From assembly GCF_036971445.1 (NCBI RefSeq), contig NC_091481.1, positions 83,638,001 to 83,702,000 of the forward strand: a stretch of DNA of 64,000 nucleotides, written 5' to 3'. This document shows, piece after piece, positions 1 through 12,329 of this stretch. Made by a program: the position numbers and the translations under genes. The stretch is from Narcine bancroftii. Lineage: Eukaryota. The notes under the pieces are model-generated. The model did no database searches. It saw nothing but the letters and a program-made list of their open reading frames with translations, and was not told where the DNA came from. Numbering within the stretch: the first letter of the stretch is position 1; every line of letters starts with the position of its first letter.

Positions 1-1468
1 TGGGTGGGACTGTGTGTTTGAGGGGGGGTCTATGGGCTTGTGTGTCTCTGTAGGGGTGTGTTTGGATGTGTGTGTGTATATTGTGTGGGTGGGACTGTAT
101 GTTTGAGGGGGGGTCTGTGGGCTTGTGTGTCTCTGTAGGGGTGTGTTTGGGTGTGTGTGTATATTGTGTGGGTGGGACTGTGTGTTTGAGGGGGGTCTAT
201 GGGCTTGTGTATCTCTGTAGAGGTGTGTTTGGGTGTGTGTGTATATTGTGTGGGTGGGACTGTGTGTTTGAGGGGGGGTCTATGGGCTTGTGTATCTCTG
301 TAGGGGTGTGTTTGGGTGTGTGTGTGTATATTGTGTGGGTGGGACTGTGTGTTTGAGGGGGTGTCTATGGGCTTGTGTGTCTCTGTAGGGGTGTGTTTGG
401 GTGTGTGTGTGTATATTGTGTGGGTGGGACTGTATGTTTGAGGGGGGTCTGTGGGCTTGTGTGTCTCTGTAGGGGTGTGTTTGGGTGTGTGTGTGTGTAT
501 ATTGTGTGGGTGGGACTGTGTGTTTGAGGGGGGGGTCTATGGGCTTGTGTGTCTCTGTAGGGGTGTGTTTGGATGTGTGTGTGTATATTGTGTGGGTGGG
601 ACTGTATGTTTGAGGGGGGTCTGTGGGCTTGTGTGTCTCTGTAGGGGTGTGTTTGGGTGTGTGTGTATATTGTGTGGGTGGGACTGTGTGTTTGAGGGGG
701 GTCTATGGGCTTGTGTATCTCTGTAGGGGTGTGTTTGTATATTGTGTGGGTGGGATTGTGTGTTTGAGGGGGGGTCTATGGGCTTGTGTATCTCTGTAGG
801 GGTGTGTTTGGGTGTGTTTGTATATTGTGTGGGTGGGACTGTGTGTTTGAGGGGGGTCTATGGGCTTGTGTATCTCTGTAGGGGTGTGTTTGGGTGTGTT
901 TGTATATTGTGTGGGTGGGACTGTGTGTTTGAGGGGGGGGTCTATGGGCTTGTGTGTCTCTGTAGGGGTGTGTTTGGGTGTGTGTGTGTATATTGTGTGG
1001 GTGGGACTGTATGTTTGAGGGGGGTCTGTGGGCTTGTGTGTCTCTGTAGGGGTGTGTTTGGGTGTGTGTGTGTATATTGTGTGGGTGGGACTGTGTGTTT
1101 GAGGGGGGGGGGTCTATGGGCTTGTGTGTCTCTGTAGGGGTGTGTTTGGATGTGTGTGTGTATATTGTGTGGGTGGGACTGTATGTTTGAGGGGGGTCTG
1201 TGGGCTTGTGTGTCTCTGTAGGGGTGTGTTTGGGTGTGTGTGTATATTGTGTGGGTGGGACTGTGTGTTTGAGGGGGGTCTATGGGCTTGTGTATCTCTG
1301 TAGGGGTGTGTTTGTATATTGTGTGGGTGGGACTGTGTGTTTGAGGGGGGTCTATGGGCTTGTGTATCTCTGTAGGGGTGTGTTTGGGTGTGTTTGTATA
1401 TTGTGTGGGTGGGACTGTGTGTTTGAGGGGGGGTCTATGGGCTTGTGTGTCTCTGTAGGGGTGTGTGC
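1..1468. repeat. G/T-rich minisatellite, unit about 73-87 bp, about 17 copies, continuing off the window start
   Basis: Repeating unit TGGGTGGGACTGTRTGTTTGAGnGTCTRTGGGCTTGTGTRTCTCTGTAGGGGTGTGTTTGGG(TG)nTATATTGTG; copy length varies with the G-run and TG-run lengths. The ORFs listed at 66-1664 are artefacts of this repeat. Confidence 0.95.
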
Positions 1469-1774
1469 ACCGTTCAGTTGGCTTGTCTATGTACAGCCAG
1501 ATGATAATGAATTTGAACTCTTGGGCAGAGACTTTTAGACCCCTGGCAATGGGGTCGCCACCCATCCCCTCCACACAATGGTCAATTGCAACCTCGGGGC
1601 TGCGATGACAAGCCATTGACCCCGCGAACCAATCCCTGTCCACCGGCCCCAAGTCCTCGCCCAATCACCAGCTTCCCCCGAAGTGGGCTCGCCCCCCCCC
1701 CCCCCCTCTCTCCGATGTCCACGGCGGCTGAGAACTCGTTACACTTGCCTGGCGATTGACACTGGACTCGGGCG

Positions 1775-1817
1775 ATGAGCGCCCGGGGAATTCACCAGGG
1801 ATACCTGAAGAAATACG
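1775..1817 (+). CDS. Evectin/PLEKHB-like PH-domain protein, coding exon 1 (MSARGIHQGYLKKY-G)
   Basis: ATG at 1775; PH beta-1 strand motif (H/K)xGYLxK; donor G|GTAAGG at 1817/1818, phase 1, joins in frame to exon 2. Confidence 0.85.
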
Positions 1818-2339
1818 GTAAGGCAGCATTTGGAGGGGATGAAGGGAGGGGAGGGGAGGGGAGGGGGCTTTGTAACAGCAGGAGGTATTGCAAAGGGGGC
1901 TGCAGATTGCAGCCACCCCCAGGTAATGAGGGAAAGCAGTCAAATCTCTTCCAGGATGCTCACCCTGTTTAAATGCCCCGGCTGGATTTCTGTCGTTTTG
2001 AACAACGTGTCTCTGCCCTGAGTCACACAAGTTGCTGGAATCTAAAGCATCAGAGAGGTCTGATCCTTTTTTTAAAATTTCACACCTACCTGGGCAATTC
2101 AGCCTTTCCAACATGTCATAGCTTAAGGACCACTTCTAAACTGACCAGGGGGAAAAAAAAAATATTAAGGGTGGGGGGAAGGTGGATGACTGCCAATTTT
2201 CACTGATGGGCATCCACAGTTCAGATCCAATCTCAGGCTCTACCCTTTAATCACATCTTTTACTGGATTTGCTTAGAAAACAGCCCTCCTGTCCAATCGC
2301 TCTTTATTAAATTTCCCAGCCTGTTTCTGTGCCTTTAGT

Positions 2340-3240
2340 AGAATCAGATTTAATTGTCATGCCACATGTAGTTTTGAGACAGCAATACAGGTGTAAAATT
2401 GCTCTACAGCGCGGTTCGCTAAATACAATATTTAAAAATAAATTGCGGGCAATAAAGAGAAAAATAAACGAGGTAGTGTCAGGAATCTGATGGCTGAGGG
2501 GAAGAAGCCGTCCCTGTGCCTCTGAGTGCTCGTCTTCAGGCTCCTGTACCTCCTTCCCGATGGTTGCAGAGTGAAGAGGGTAGGACCCGAGTGGTGGAGG
2601 CCCTTAATGCTAGAAGGTCCTTTTTTGAGGTACCGTCACTTAAAGACATCCTCAATGGAGTGAAGACTAATGCCCATGATGGTACTGGCTGGGTTTACAA
2701 TCCTCTGTAGTGGTGTTGACAAAATGTCGGTGTTCAAGAAGGCTCGCCTTTATAGAAGTGTCTGAGGAGATTCAGTACGTCATCGAAGACTTGTAAACGT
2801 CTACAGGTGAACCTTGGGGAGCATCACTGCCTGGTACGGAGGCCCAAACCCTCAGGACAAGAAGAAACTCCAGTGGGTTGTTAACTCGGCCTGCGACATC
2901 ATGGGCACCGGACTTCACTCGATGGAGGACGTCTACCTGAGACGGTGCCTTCAAACAGCCTCTTATCCTCAATGACCCCCACCACCCAGGCCCTGTCTTC
3001 TTCATCAGGGTAAAGGTACAGGAGGCTGAAGACGAACACCCAGCAGCACAAGGACGGCTTCTTCCCGTCCGCCATAAGATCCCTGAATAATCAATGAACC
3101 AAAGACACGGCCTCACTTTCTGTGCGCTATTTTTTTACAGTAATGTCGTAAGATGGTTATAATATAATGTTTGCCCCGTGACGCTGCTGTAAAACATCGA
3201 ATTTCATGATTTGTTCATGGCAGTAAATTCTGATTCTGAT
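2340..3240. mobile_element. Two Rex1/Babar-like LINE 3' fragments in inverted orientation (- then +)
   Basis: About 2340-2705 is reverse-complement-like to about 2780-3240; the ends GAATCAGATTTAATTGTCATG and CATGGCAGTAAATTCTGATTC are complementary; RT C-terminal remnants are present. Confidence 0.65.
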
Positions 3241-3539
3241 ATCACAAGAAGTTGTGCTCGAAGAGACCATAATTAAATGCATTTGCTGGAAAAATGAAAC
3301 AAAAATTGCTGGAAGCTGTTAATGTTTCCTGGGTGTTATTTCTGTTTTACCTTCCACTGAAGCTGTGTGTTTCCAGCACTCACCCTCAAACCCTCTGCCA
3401 GTTCGATCCCACTGCACAACACAGAATTGGTCCTTTTGGCCCGTCTAGTCTGCCATGAACTATTATTCAGTGCCACACAAGGTCAGGATCGAACCTGGGT
3501 CTCTGACGTGGACAGAAAGTGACTCGTGTCATTGACCTG

Positions 3540-3890
3540 CACCCCTCCCATCCATGTACCTGTTCAAATTTTTCTTAAATGTCAAAATTTATTCCACACT
3601 CCCACTGCTCTCTGAGTGAAGTTCCCCTAATGCTCCCTTTAAACTTTTCCCTTTTCACCCTTAATCCATGTTCTCTGGTTCTCATCTCACCACTCCTCAG
3701 TGGAAAAAGCCTGCTTGCATTTACTCAGTCAAAACTACTCATACTTTTAAATATCAAATCTCCCCTCACTGTTCTCCGGGCAATAAAGTCCTAACCAGTT
3801 TAACTTTTCCCTGTAACTCAGTTCGTCGCATCCCAGCAACATCCCAGTAAATCTCCTCCGCCCTCTTTCAATCGTATTGATACTAATTTC
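3540..3890 (-). mobile_element. CR1/HER1-type LINE 3' fragment
   Basis: Minus-strand translation ERGRRRFTGMLLG...LSYREKLNWLGLY resembles the CR1 ORF2 C-terminus. Confidence 0.75.
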
Positions 3891-4117
3891 TTTCCCACTC
3901 CACCCAGAGTCAAACACATCATCCTGGCTGAATACCTTGATGAAGGGCTCAAGCCCAAAACATTGGTTCTGCATCTTTATCTTTGCTCCATAAAGTGCAA
4001 TGTCTCCAGCGTTATGTTTTTATTTTAATCCTGGCTGATACTGTCACCATTAGCATGGGAACCAGGCACTGTTAGAAATGAACAGATATCCTGAGATGTG
4101 AGTATAGCATTCCTCAT

Positions 4118-5290
4118 GAGAGAGGAGGGGGGAAGGGAGAGAGAGAGAGAGAGAGGAGGGTGGGAGAGAGAGGAGGGTGGGAGAGAGAGGAGGGTGGGAG
4201 AGAGAGGAGGGTGGGAGAGAGAGGAGGGTGGGAGAGAGAGGAGGGTGGGAGAGAGAGGAGGGTGGGAGAGAGAGGAGGGTGGGAGAGAGAGGAGGGTGGG
4301 AGAGAGAGGAGGGTGGGAGAGAGAGGAGGGTGGGAGAGAGAGGAGGGTGGGAGAGAGAGAGGAGAGGGTGGGAGAGAGAGAGGAGAGGGTGGGAGAGAGA
4401 NNNNNNNNNNNNNNNNNNNNNNNNNNNNNNNNNNNNNNNNNNNNNNNNNNNNNNNNNNNNNNNNNNNNNNNNNNNNNNNNNNNNNNNNNNNNNNNNNNNN
4501 NNNNNNNNNNNNNNNNNNNNNNNNNNNNNNNNNNNNNNNNNNNNNNNNNNNNNNNNNNNNNNNNNNNNNNNNNNNNNNNNNNNNNGGAGAGAGAGGAGGG
4601 AGGGTGGGAGAGAGAGAGGAGGGTGGGAGAGAGAGGGGAGGGTGGGAGAGAGAGGGGAGGGTGGGAGAGAGAGGAGGGAGGGTGGGAGAGAGAGGAGGGA
4701 GGGTGGGAGAGAGGAGGGAGGGTGGGAGAGAGAGGAGGGAGGGTGGGAGAGAGAGGAGGGAGGGTGGGAGAGAGAGGAGGGAGGGTGGGAGAGAGAGAAG
4801 GGAGGGTGGGAGGGAGGGAGAGAGAGAGGAGGGTGGGAGAGAGAGGAGGGTGGGAGAGAGAGGAGGGTGGGAGAGAGAGGAGGGTGGGAGAGAGAGGAGG
4901 GTGGGAGAGAGAGGAGGGTGGGAGAGAGAGGAGGGTGGGAGAGAGAGGAGGGTGGGAGAGAGAGGAGGGTGGGAGAGAGAGGAGGGTGGGAGAGAGAGGA
5001 GGGTGGGAGAGAGAGGAGGGTGGGAGAGAGAGGAGGGTGGGAGAGAGAGGAGGGAGGGTGGGAGAGAGAGGAGGGAGGGTGGGAGAGAGAGGAGGGAGGG
5101 TGGGAGAGAGAGGAGGGTGGGGTGGGAGGAGAGTGGGTGGGTGGTGTGTGGTGGAGGGTGGGAGATGAGGGGAGGGTGGGGGAGGGGGTGTGTGGGTGTG
5201 GGGGAGGGGGTGAGTGTGGAGGAGGTGGGAGGGGAGGAGAGGAGGGTGGGGGGTGAGCGAGGAGTGTGTGGGGAGGGGTGAGAGAGGAAA
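4118..5290. repeat. Purine-rich minisatellite, 17-bp unit GGAGGGTGGGAGAGAGA with 21-bp variants, interrupted by an assembly gap
   Basis: Direct 17-bp periodicity (GTGGG at 4211, 4228, 4245 and onward); lies in intron 1 of the PH gene. Confidence 0.95.
4401..4586. other. Assembly gap (N run)
   Basis: 186 N. Confidence 1.
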
Positions 5291-5339
5291 GAGTGGTAGA
5301 TTTTATTATTTTTAGGTAAAGGGACTTTCAGCTCACAAG

Positions 5340-5520
5340 CATGTCCCACCCAATTTACCTACAACCTTTGTATGTTTTGAAGAGTGTGAGGACACTGGAG
5401 CAGTGGGAGCAAACCCACGCAGGTCACGGGGATAACGTACAGACTCCTTACAGACAGCGCAGGATTCCTAGCTGGGTCACTGGCACTGTAAAAGCATTGC
5501 GCTAACCACGCCACTAAAAA
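5340..5520 (-). mobile_element. tRNA-derived SINE (HE1-like)
   Basis: Reverse complement gives TAGTGGCGTGGTTAGCGCAATGCTTTTACAG (A-box-like head) followed by CTGTCTGTAAGGAG, the family core seen in many other copies. Confidence 0.75.
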
Positions 5521-6609
5521 GCTAATAGCTTGAACTAGGAGAAAACGAATATGGTTCAGTTGTTTTATGATGCTGTTCAATTATGTGCTGTTAATATCAA
5601 GTGACAAATCACCACAGAGGAGGGTGTGACTGGGGAGAGATGAGTCCTTAAAAAGGTTGCCTGTTTTATTGAGGCAGCGGGAGCTGGTGGAGGGGTTACT
5701 ATAAGATGAGATATATGGGCATAGTCTGTTCAGCCCATCAATTCTGCCCCACCATTCAGTCATTGGTTGATCCATTTCCCCACTCAGCCCCACTGCCTGG
5801 CCTTCTCCCCATAACCTTTGATACCCTGGCTCAACAAGAACCTGTCAATATCTGCTTTAACTTTTTTTAATTTAGCCATACAGCACTTTAACAGGCCTTT
5901 TCGGCTCACGGGCCTGTGCCACCCATTGACCTACAACCACCAATACGTTTTGAACGGTAGGAGGAAACCGGACCCCCGGGAAAAACTGATGCAGACACAG
6001 GGAGAACATACAAGCATTGACTGACTATTTCTACCAATTGATTTGACTGACCAGTTGAGTTCCTCCACCATTGTTTGTCTGTCCAATTGCTGCATCATCT
6101 CCCGCCTGCCAACTTCCAGCCTGCGCGAGCCACTGAGTGCTTTAAAGATTAACACTCCCGAAAGCTGATTGCTTCTTAATCCACACGAGCTTTGATGCCC
6201 TATAATACATAATTTAATCACTCTTTAATCTGCCCTGGCTCTCTCTGACAAGCAATAAACTGCAATGTTATTAGTTTCCATTCCCAATAATGGGAAATAG
6301 GGGAGAAAACGTTCATTGCTTGAATGGGTTGGGGATTATTGACCACTGCAGGAATTTCATTTTTAATTTAAATTTTTACATTTAGAAATACAGCAAAGTT
6401 ACAGCCCCTTCCAACCCACAAGCCCGCGTCACCCAAATACACCGAGGTGACCTAATAAACTTCTAACCCTTTGGAACGTGGGAGGAAACTGGTGCAGATA
6501 TGGGGAGAATGTACTAGGTCCTTAAAGGCAGCAATCCCAGGTCAGTGATAGCATTGCGCTAAACGTGTTGCCCTTTTGTTCAATTAGGATGGATAAATAC
6601 CAATTAAGG

Positions 6610-6823
6610 TATACCCAGGGGCACTTTAGGGGGCCCGCTCCAGTCACCTCATGGACACAGCTCTGGGCACCTCATGGAGGCCACTCTGGGCTCTGGGGGG
6701 CCCACTCCAGGAACCTCAGGGGACTTTTCTAGGCACCTCATGGACGCGGCTCCAGCACCTCCTTGTCGCAATTTTTTGGTGAGCTCTGGCACCTAAAATA
6801 TTCGCACTGCACCCCTGGGTATA
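6610..6823. mobile_element. Small non-autonomous DNA element (MITE) with TATACCCAGGGG...CCCCTGGGTATA termini
   Basis: 12-bp terminal inverted repeat; internal CACCTCATGGA subrepeats. Confidence 0.55.
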
Positions 6824-6839
6824 ACCTGCTTTACGAATA

Positions 6840-7134
6840 CAGTACATTTCTTATTATCCGAAAACCACTTAACCAAAATTCTCAGATATCCAAAATTATT
6901 TTTAAGTTGAAAAAATAATCTTTTCTTGAATTTATGCATTTATCTTATTATTGTAAGCAGAGATCACTTTGTTTTTCATGCTTGAGAAACCTTCCATTGT
7001 TTCTTTTCTTGTTGTCTAACCATTGAGACAAGTATTCTGCTGGGCTGATTAAAGCAATTTCTCAGGTATCCAGAAATTCCAGTTAACCAGAAAATGTCCG
7101 GTCCCATGCATTTCGGATCGTCGGAAATGTACAG
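6840..7134. mobile_element. Tc1/mariner-type MITE
   Basis: Imperfect TIRs CAGTACATTTCTTATTATCCGAAA and TTTCGGATCGTCGGAAATGTACAG, flanked by TA on both sides; a related copy lies at about 9160-9627. Confidence 0.7.
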
Positions 7135-7697
7135 TACTCGCTTAACGCAAATTCGCTTTTAGGAAGAAACATGTGTTCGCTTTTACGAAAGGATTTCTGC
7201 CTTTAATGTTATAGAGGCTGTTCACATACCCCCGAGCAGCTCTTCCTCTCTCTCCTACATCCCGGTCTCCTGTTACCCCCCCCCCCCCCCAACAGCCCAA
7301 TCTCTGAACATTCAGCCTAAGTACACTGTACATACATTATTTCTACATTCTAGGGTGTGTATTTATCATGTCATTCCTGCCTTTACTAAATGTTAATGTT
7401 ATTTTACATCTTTGGTGGGTTATTTTTTGGGTCTGGGAAATCAATGGACATCATTTCTTTGCTTTATGCCATTTCAGCTTATGAAAGGTTCCGTAGGAAC
7501 GCTCTAGTTTCTAGTAAAGCGGGGTATACCTGTAATGGGATTCCTAGTCAACTGAGTGGCAAAGCTGGTGAAGTCCCTTTCTGTCCATGTCGGAGATGCA
7601 GGTTCAATCCTGACCTCGTGTGGGATTTGTATCTTCTCCTTGTGGCTGTACGAGTCGCCTCTGAGTGATCTGGCTTCCTCCCACACTCCAAACACGT

Positions 7698-7699
<2 letters not shown>

Positions 7700-7756
<57 letters not shown>
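7700..7756. repeat. (GT)n microsatellite
   Basis: About 28 GT units. Confidence 0.98.
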
Positions 7757-7757
<1 letters not shown>

Positions 7758-9795
7758 ATTGAAAAGAATGTGGGGAGAATTAGATTTGAGATTATTTTAT
7801 TGTCATTTAATAAAACAAAATGTGATAATACACAAAATTTCCTTTAGTCTATGGCATACAGACAAAGGTTCGCCATTAGCAGAAATTGCCTGGAGCTTCT
7901 TACAGCCAAAATTGGGCGGCATGGGCTAATGTCTGGAAGGGCCTGTTACCGTGATGTATATCTAAATTAGGAGGTCTTCCTTTGTGTCATAATATTCTAA
8001 AATTTAAATTTTAAATTTAGATGTACAGCACAGGAACACGACCTTCTAGCCCACGAGCCCATGTCTCCCAATTAGACCCAATTAACCTACAACAGTGCCC
8101 CTGAGCATAAAGCCCTGCCAAAGGTAGTGGACACAGCCCAGGTAATCATAGGAGAAACATCTACAGGAAACATCTACAGGGAACGCTACCATCGGAGAAC
8201 ATCAAGGATCCACAGCACCCACCACACGCTCTGTTCTCAGCTGCTGCCATCAGGAAAGAGGTGTAGGTGCCACCAGACTCGCACCACCAGGTTCAGGAAT
8301 GGCTGCTACCCCTCCACCATCAGACTCCACAACGACAAACTCAATCAGGGGCTCATTTAAGGACCCATAGTTTTGCACTTTATTGATGTTTTTTTTGTCT
8401 CTCTGTATTGCACAGTTTGTTTATTTGTTTACATGTGTACGTTTTTTTTTAACACTACTAATAAGTGGTAATTCTGCCTGGCCCACAGAAAAAAGAATCT
8501 CAGGGTTGTACAGGATGTCATGTATGTACTCTGACAATAAATCTGATTAGTGCCAGGGTTTATCAAATATTTCAGTGCACAAAGTAAATGCCAAACCCAG
8601 GAGGCTGGAGTTGCACAACAGCTGTGCGGTCCTCCTGACTGCAATTTAAACAATTTATGATGTAATACTTTTGTCGTCTCAGATGAGAATCGAAAGGTAT
8701 TTATTGAACGGACATCAACTTTATCACTTTTACTTTGGAGATTCCTGAACTGTTTCCTGTTGATTTGTTGTGTTTGTCACAACCATCGACCCTACACCCT
8801 CCTTAGCCTTTAATTCGGGCACTTGCTTTTTTTTCACTCATACCTTGAGGAAGGACTCGTGTCCGAAATGTCTTTCCCTCCTGTGGATGTTGCAAGACCG
8901 TCTGAGGTCCTCTGGCTTTTGTGTCTTGTAACCACAATCGCAGCGTCTGCAGTCGTTCTTGTTTCACCCTCTTCCCCCAAATTGACTTATCATAGACACA
9001 TGTTGGAAATCTGCAACGCTGTTGCAGCGCCAGGCAGCCAGGGATTCGAATCCGGCGCTGTCTGTAAGGTGTGTGTACGTCCTCCCCATGGCCTGTGTGG
9101 GTTTCTTCTATGAACTCCGGTTTCCTCCCAACCTTCAAAGATGTACCGGGTGGGCTACCCAAAATTTTTTGGACCCGGAAGTGACGTCTGGATAATTGAG
9201 GATTTCAGAAAAACCACAAATCTTCATTTATCCGAAAAATTTCAAAGCCGAAATGGCGTCACTTCGCCTTCAAAAAATTTTGGATAAATGAGGATATCCG
9301 AAACAATCAGAAATCCTCCATTGTCCGCAATTTTCTTGGAGTCAGACTGACTGTTGAAAATTTTTTAGAATTTAGGAAAAACCTCTGAGTAGAATTTTGA
9401 GTTTCTGGTGTTGGATTTATCTTATCTTGTGGCTTTGTTTGGAGAGAATTAATCATTATTTCATGCTTAAAATGCCTTCCCTAGTTGGTTGTTGTATAAA
9501 CATTGTTATAAGTGATTTGCTGTTGCTATTGGGATGTTTTTAATAAAAATGACCAGTTCTCCGAAAAAAAAAGTTGATCTGAAATAGGCCCGGTCCCAAC
9601 CATTTCGCATAATCGGAGTGGTACTGTAAATTAGTGGCTCCGCTAGGGTGCTGTACAACGAAGTGCTGGAGAAACTCAGTAGGTCATGCCACATCCACAG
9701 GAAGAATAAGCCAACCAACGTTTCAGGCCTGGGGTCTTCGTCTCCCACATCGGGCTCTGATGCCCTCACTCTCTCTCTCTCTCTTTTATTCACAG

Positions 9796-10054
9796 GGGGC
9801 TTTGTCTTCAAGCAATGGAAGGAGAAATTTTTCTTTCTGACTCTGAGGGGCTCGTTGGGTATCTGCCGTGACCATGCCTCACTGCCCGAGACAGAGATTC
9901 CACTGGCGACCAGCTGCCGAGCCATCCTGAGGGGTGGCCAGATCAGTGACTTGCCCCGGCTACCCCTGGGTGCGGAGAGGGACTGCTGCCTGGCTCTGGT
10001 CCTCTCCAAAGGCAAACTACTCCTGTTACTGGCAGCTAACAGGGAAGATTCCAG
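9796..10054 (+). CDS. Evectin/PLEKHB-like PH-domain protein, exon 2 (core PH domain)
   Basis: Pyrimidine tract plus CACAG| acceptor; encodes GGFVFKQWKEKFFFLTLRGSLGICRD...DCCLALVLSKGKLLLLLAANREDS; donor AG|GTACGT; 259 nt, phase 1 to phase 2. Confidence 0.9.
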
Positions 10055-10149
10055 GTACGTTCCCAATGGGCGCCTTCTCTGATCTTGGGAGTGGGGAAGG
10101 GCGGAGGCTCTGCCTGACCCCTGAGCATTGGCACACAGTGCCCTACAAG

Positions 10150-10430
10150 TAAAAACATGATGCTGGAGAAACTCAGCAAGCCAAACTGTGCACTTTATGT
10201 AGCAAAGATAAAGATACAGAACCAACGTTTCGGACTTGAGCCCTTCATCAAGGTGTGGAAAAATGTGGGCAGGCGCCCAAACAAAATGGTGGGTGGAGAG
10301 GAGGTGGGAGGAGACAGTCCCAAAGGCAACAGGTAATAGGTGGAGAAGGGAGGGAGGGTACACCAGCAAACAGGGGGGAGGGGGTGGAGAGCTGGAGGAA
10401 GACACGAGGGATGGGGAAGAGGATTTGTCC
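10150..10430 (-). mobile_element. Penelope-like element terminal repeat with hammerhead-like motif
   Basis: GCTGGAGAAACTCAGC family motif; minus strand 10254-10221 reads ACC TTGATGA A GGGC TCAA GTCC GAAA CGTT GGT. Confidence 0.7.
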
Positions 10431-10530
10431 AGTGTAATCTATGTTCTTGCTTCCGGAGGGTCATCTGACCAAAAGGTCAAAAGTCATTTCTCATGTCAAT
10501 CAGTGTTCGCCCACCCACAGGTGAGGGAAA

Positions 10531-10809
10531 TGTGATGATACAATCACCGGACTGCCCGCGCCAGTCTGCATTCCTACCAGCAGGGGTCACCCCACTGTAC
10601 CTGCTGGGAGGTAATCTGGGAGTCTGGCTCCACCTACTCCCTGCCAATCACTGGCCCCACATAAAGGCTCACGCCGTCCCTTGTGTAGACGGTAGAGCGC
10701 CTGGAGCCAGAAGGGAGACTGAACCTCGTGTGCAAGTTTTAAGCTAATTAAAGCCTGTAGTACGGCTTTTGTAGATTGAGCTTGTTTGTTCGCACTGCAG
10801 CACATCACA
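10531..10809 (+). mobile_element. Solo LTR (279 bp)
   Basis: Perfect terminal inverted repeats TGTGATG...CATCACA; near-perfect 5-bp target-site duplication GGAAA/GGAAC; TATA-like CATAAAG near 10660 and ATTAAA at 10747. Confidence 0.8.
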
Positions 10810-11148
10810 GGAACAACCTTGCCTCATTTGGGCATTCCTGAGCCAGCCCCTCCAGCCGGCTGCAGTATAAAGCCCACCACGTGGACCAGGTCCTACTCTT
10901 TTTCCTCTGAGAATGAACCCTAGCTCCACTCCAGGTTGCAAGCCGTGGAGAGTCAATTGTAAGGTGTGTGCCGGAACAGGGTGGGTGGAGGGTGGGGGGA
11001 AGGAGGTGGTGGTGGCTATTATGGCACAGACCTGGAAAGGACCTGCTGTGCCTTATTCTTTGTTATCAGTCTAATTAGATTCTGCTGGTAAGTGGGTTAC
11101 CGTGACTTCGAGTTAGAAGAGAGGCAGGTCCTGTTTGCTTCAGCTGTA

Positions 11149-11338
11149 TGTTTAACCGCAGGAACTGCAACGAGCAGCGATCTGCACGTTTAACCGTGGG
11201 AACCGCGAGTCGTAGCGACCTGCACATTTAACCATGGGAATTATGAGACCTAGCGACCCACATGTTTAACCATGGGAACTGCAAGTTGTAGCAACCTGTC
11301 CATTTAACTGTGTGACTGTGAGTGACCGCGATCTGTCG
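11149..11338. repeat. Degenerate tandem repeat, 38-bp period, 5 copies
   Basis: TTTAAC core recurs at 11151, 11189, 11227, 11265 and 11303, each followed by GGAAC...AGCGA(C/T)C-like sequence. Confidence 0.85.
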
Positions 11339-12329
11339 GGAGTAGCGAGTATCGTTTTTTTTTACCTGAGTCCGATGCGTGCGCAGTTTATTTATCTGTG
11401 TGTTTGAGTGCGATCCCTGCTGTGACTTCCCCAGCGTTCATACAGACCCTTATTCGTGGTTAAACTAGGTTCAGACCCATCACTTCCTGGACCCTCCGAA
11501 CATGTTCTCCACATCACTGTCTCCCACGTGCCCTCTGGAACATTTATCCTTCCAACGTGTGGCATCCAGGATTGGGTGCAGTGTTCCAAATACGCGGCCT
11601 AACTGGGGTTTGAGATCAGTTCAACTGAGTGGCGAAATGGCACAGCTGAGAGAGCCGCTGCCTCGCAGGGCTCTGGTTCCATGCTGACCCGTCCGTTGGA
11701 ATTTGCGCGTCATCCCTGTGGCCGTGTGTGTTATTGCCCGGGTGCTCCACTTTCCTCACAAAGACGAGCAGGTCATTGGGTTAATTAGTTGCTGTTAAAT
11801 TGCCCCCTAAGTGTGCAGGTGAGTGGTAGAATAGAGTGGGGGGGGAGGGGGAGAGAAAGTGGATGGAAATGTGGAGAGGATAAAATGTGCTCAGGTAGGA
11901 CAAGTGTCCGATGGATCAATGTGCACTGTTGAGGGGTGGTGGGTAAAAGAGTGATCCCATGCTGTGTCTCTCTAGGACTCTGTAGCAAATTTTCCCCGTG
12001 AAACCAGACCGACCAGTTCCTCAAGCAGTCCGGATTTTTGGACTTTTACTGCACCTCCCTATTTAGAAACCTCACAATTCCATCCTTCAAGTGATGGAAT
12101 CAGCAGATTTTGCTCCATGACTGATTCATGTTACAGATTTGACGGTGAGCTACCCTGCTAAAGTGCAGATAGCTCTTTATCACTCTGACGTAGACGGCCT
12201 CCCACTCACATTAGGGTCCACGATCTCACTTCGGAAGAATTCCCGTCTGCATTGTTTTGTTGACTGGTTCATCTTTTGTATGATATGGGGAGCGGAAGCA
12301 AACCAGAGTAGGGAGGGATGATGGGAAGA

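Noticed and set aside
66-1664. Cys/Val/Gly-rich and His/Thr/Pro-rich ORFs
   Set aside because: They are translations of the minisatellite with no domain or splice support.
4098-5349. 350-410 aa ORFs in several frames
   Set aside because: They come from a low-complexity purine repeat and an N gap, and are open only because the repeat contains no stop codons.
9506-10405. 299-aa minus-strand ORF
   Set aside because: It is the antisense shadow of PH exon 2 plus Penelope repeat sequence.
11149-11338. 38-bp periodic array as a CRISPR array
   Set aside because: The whole unit is homologous between copies with no unique spacers, there are no cas genes, and the context is vertebrate.
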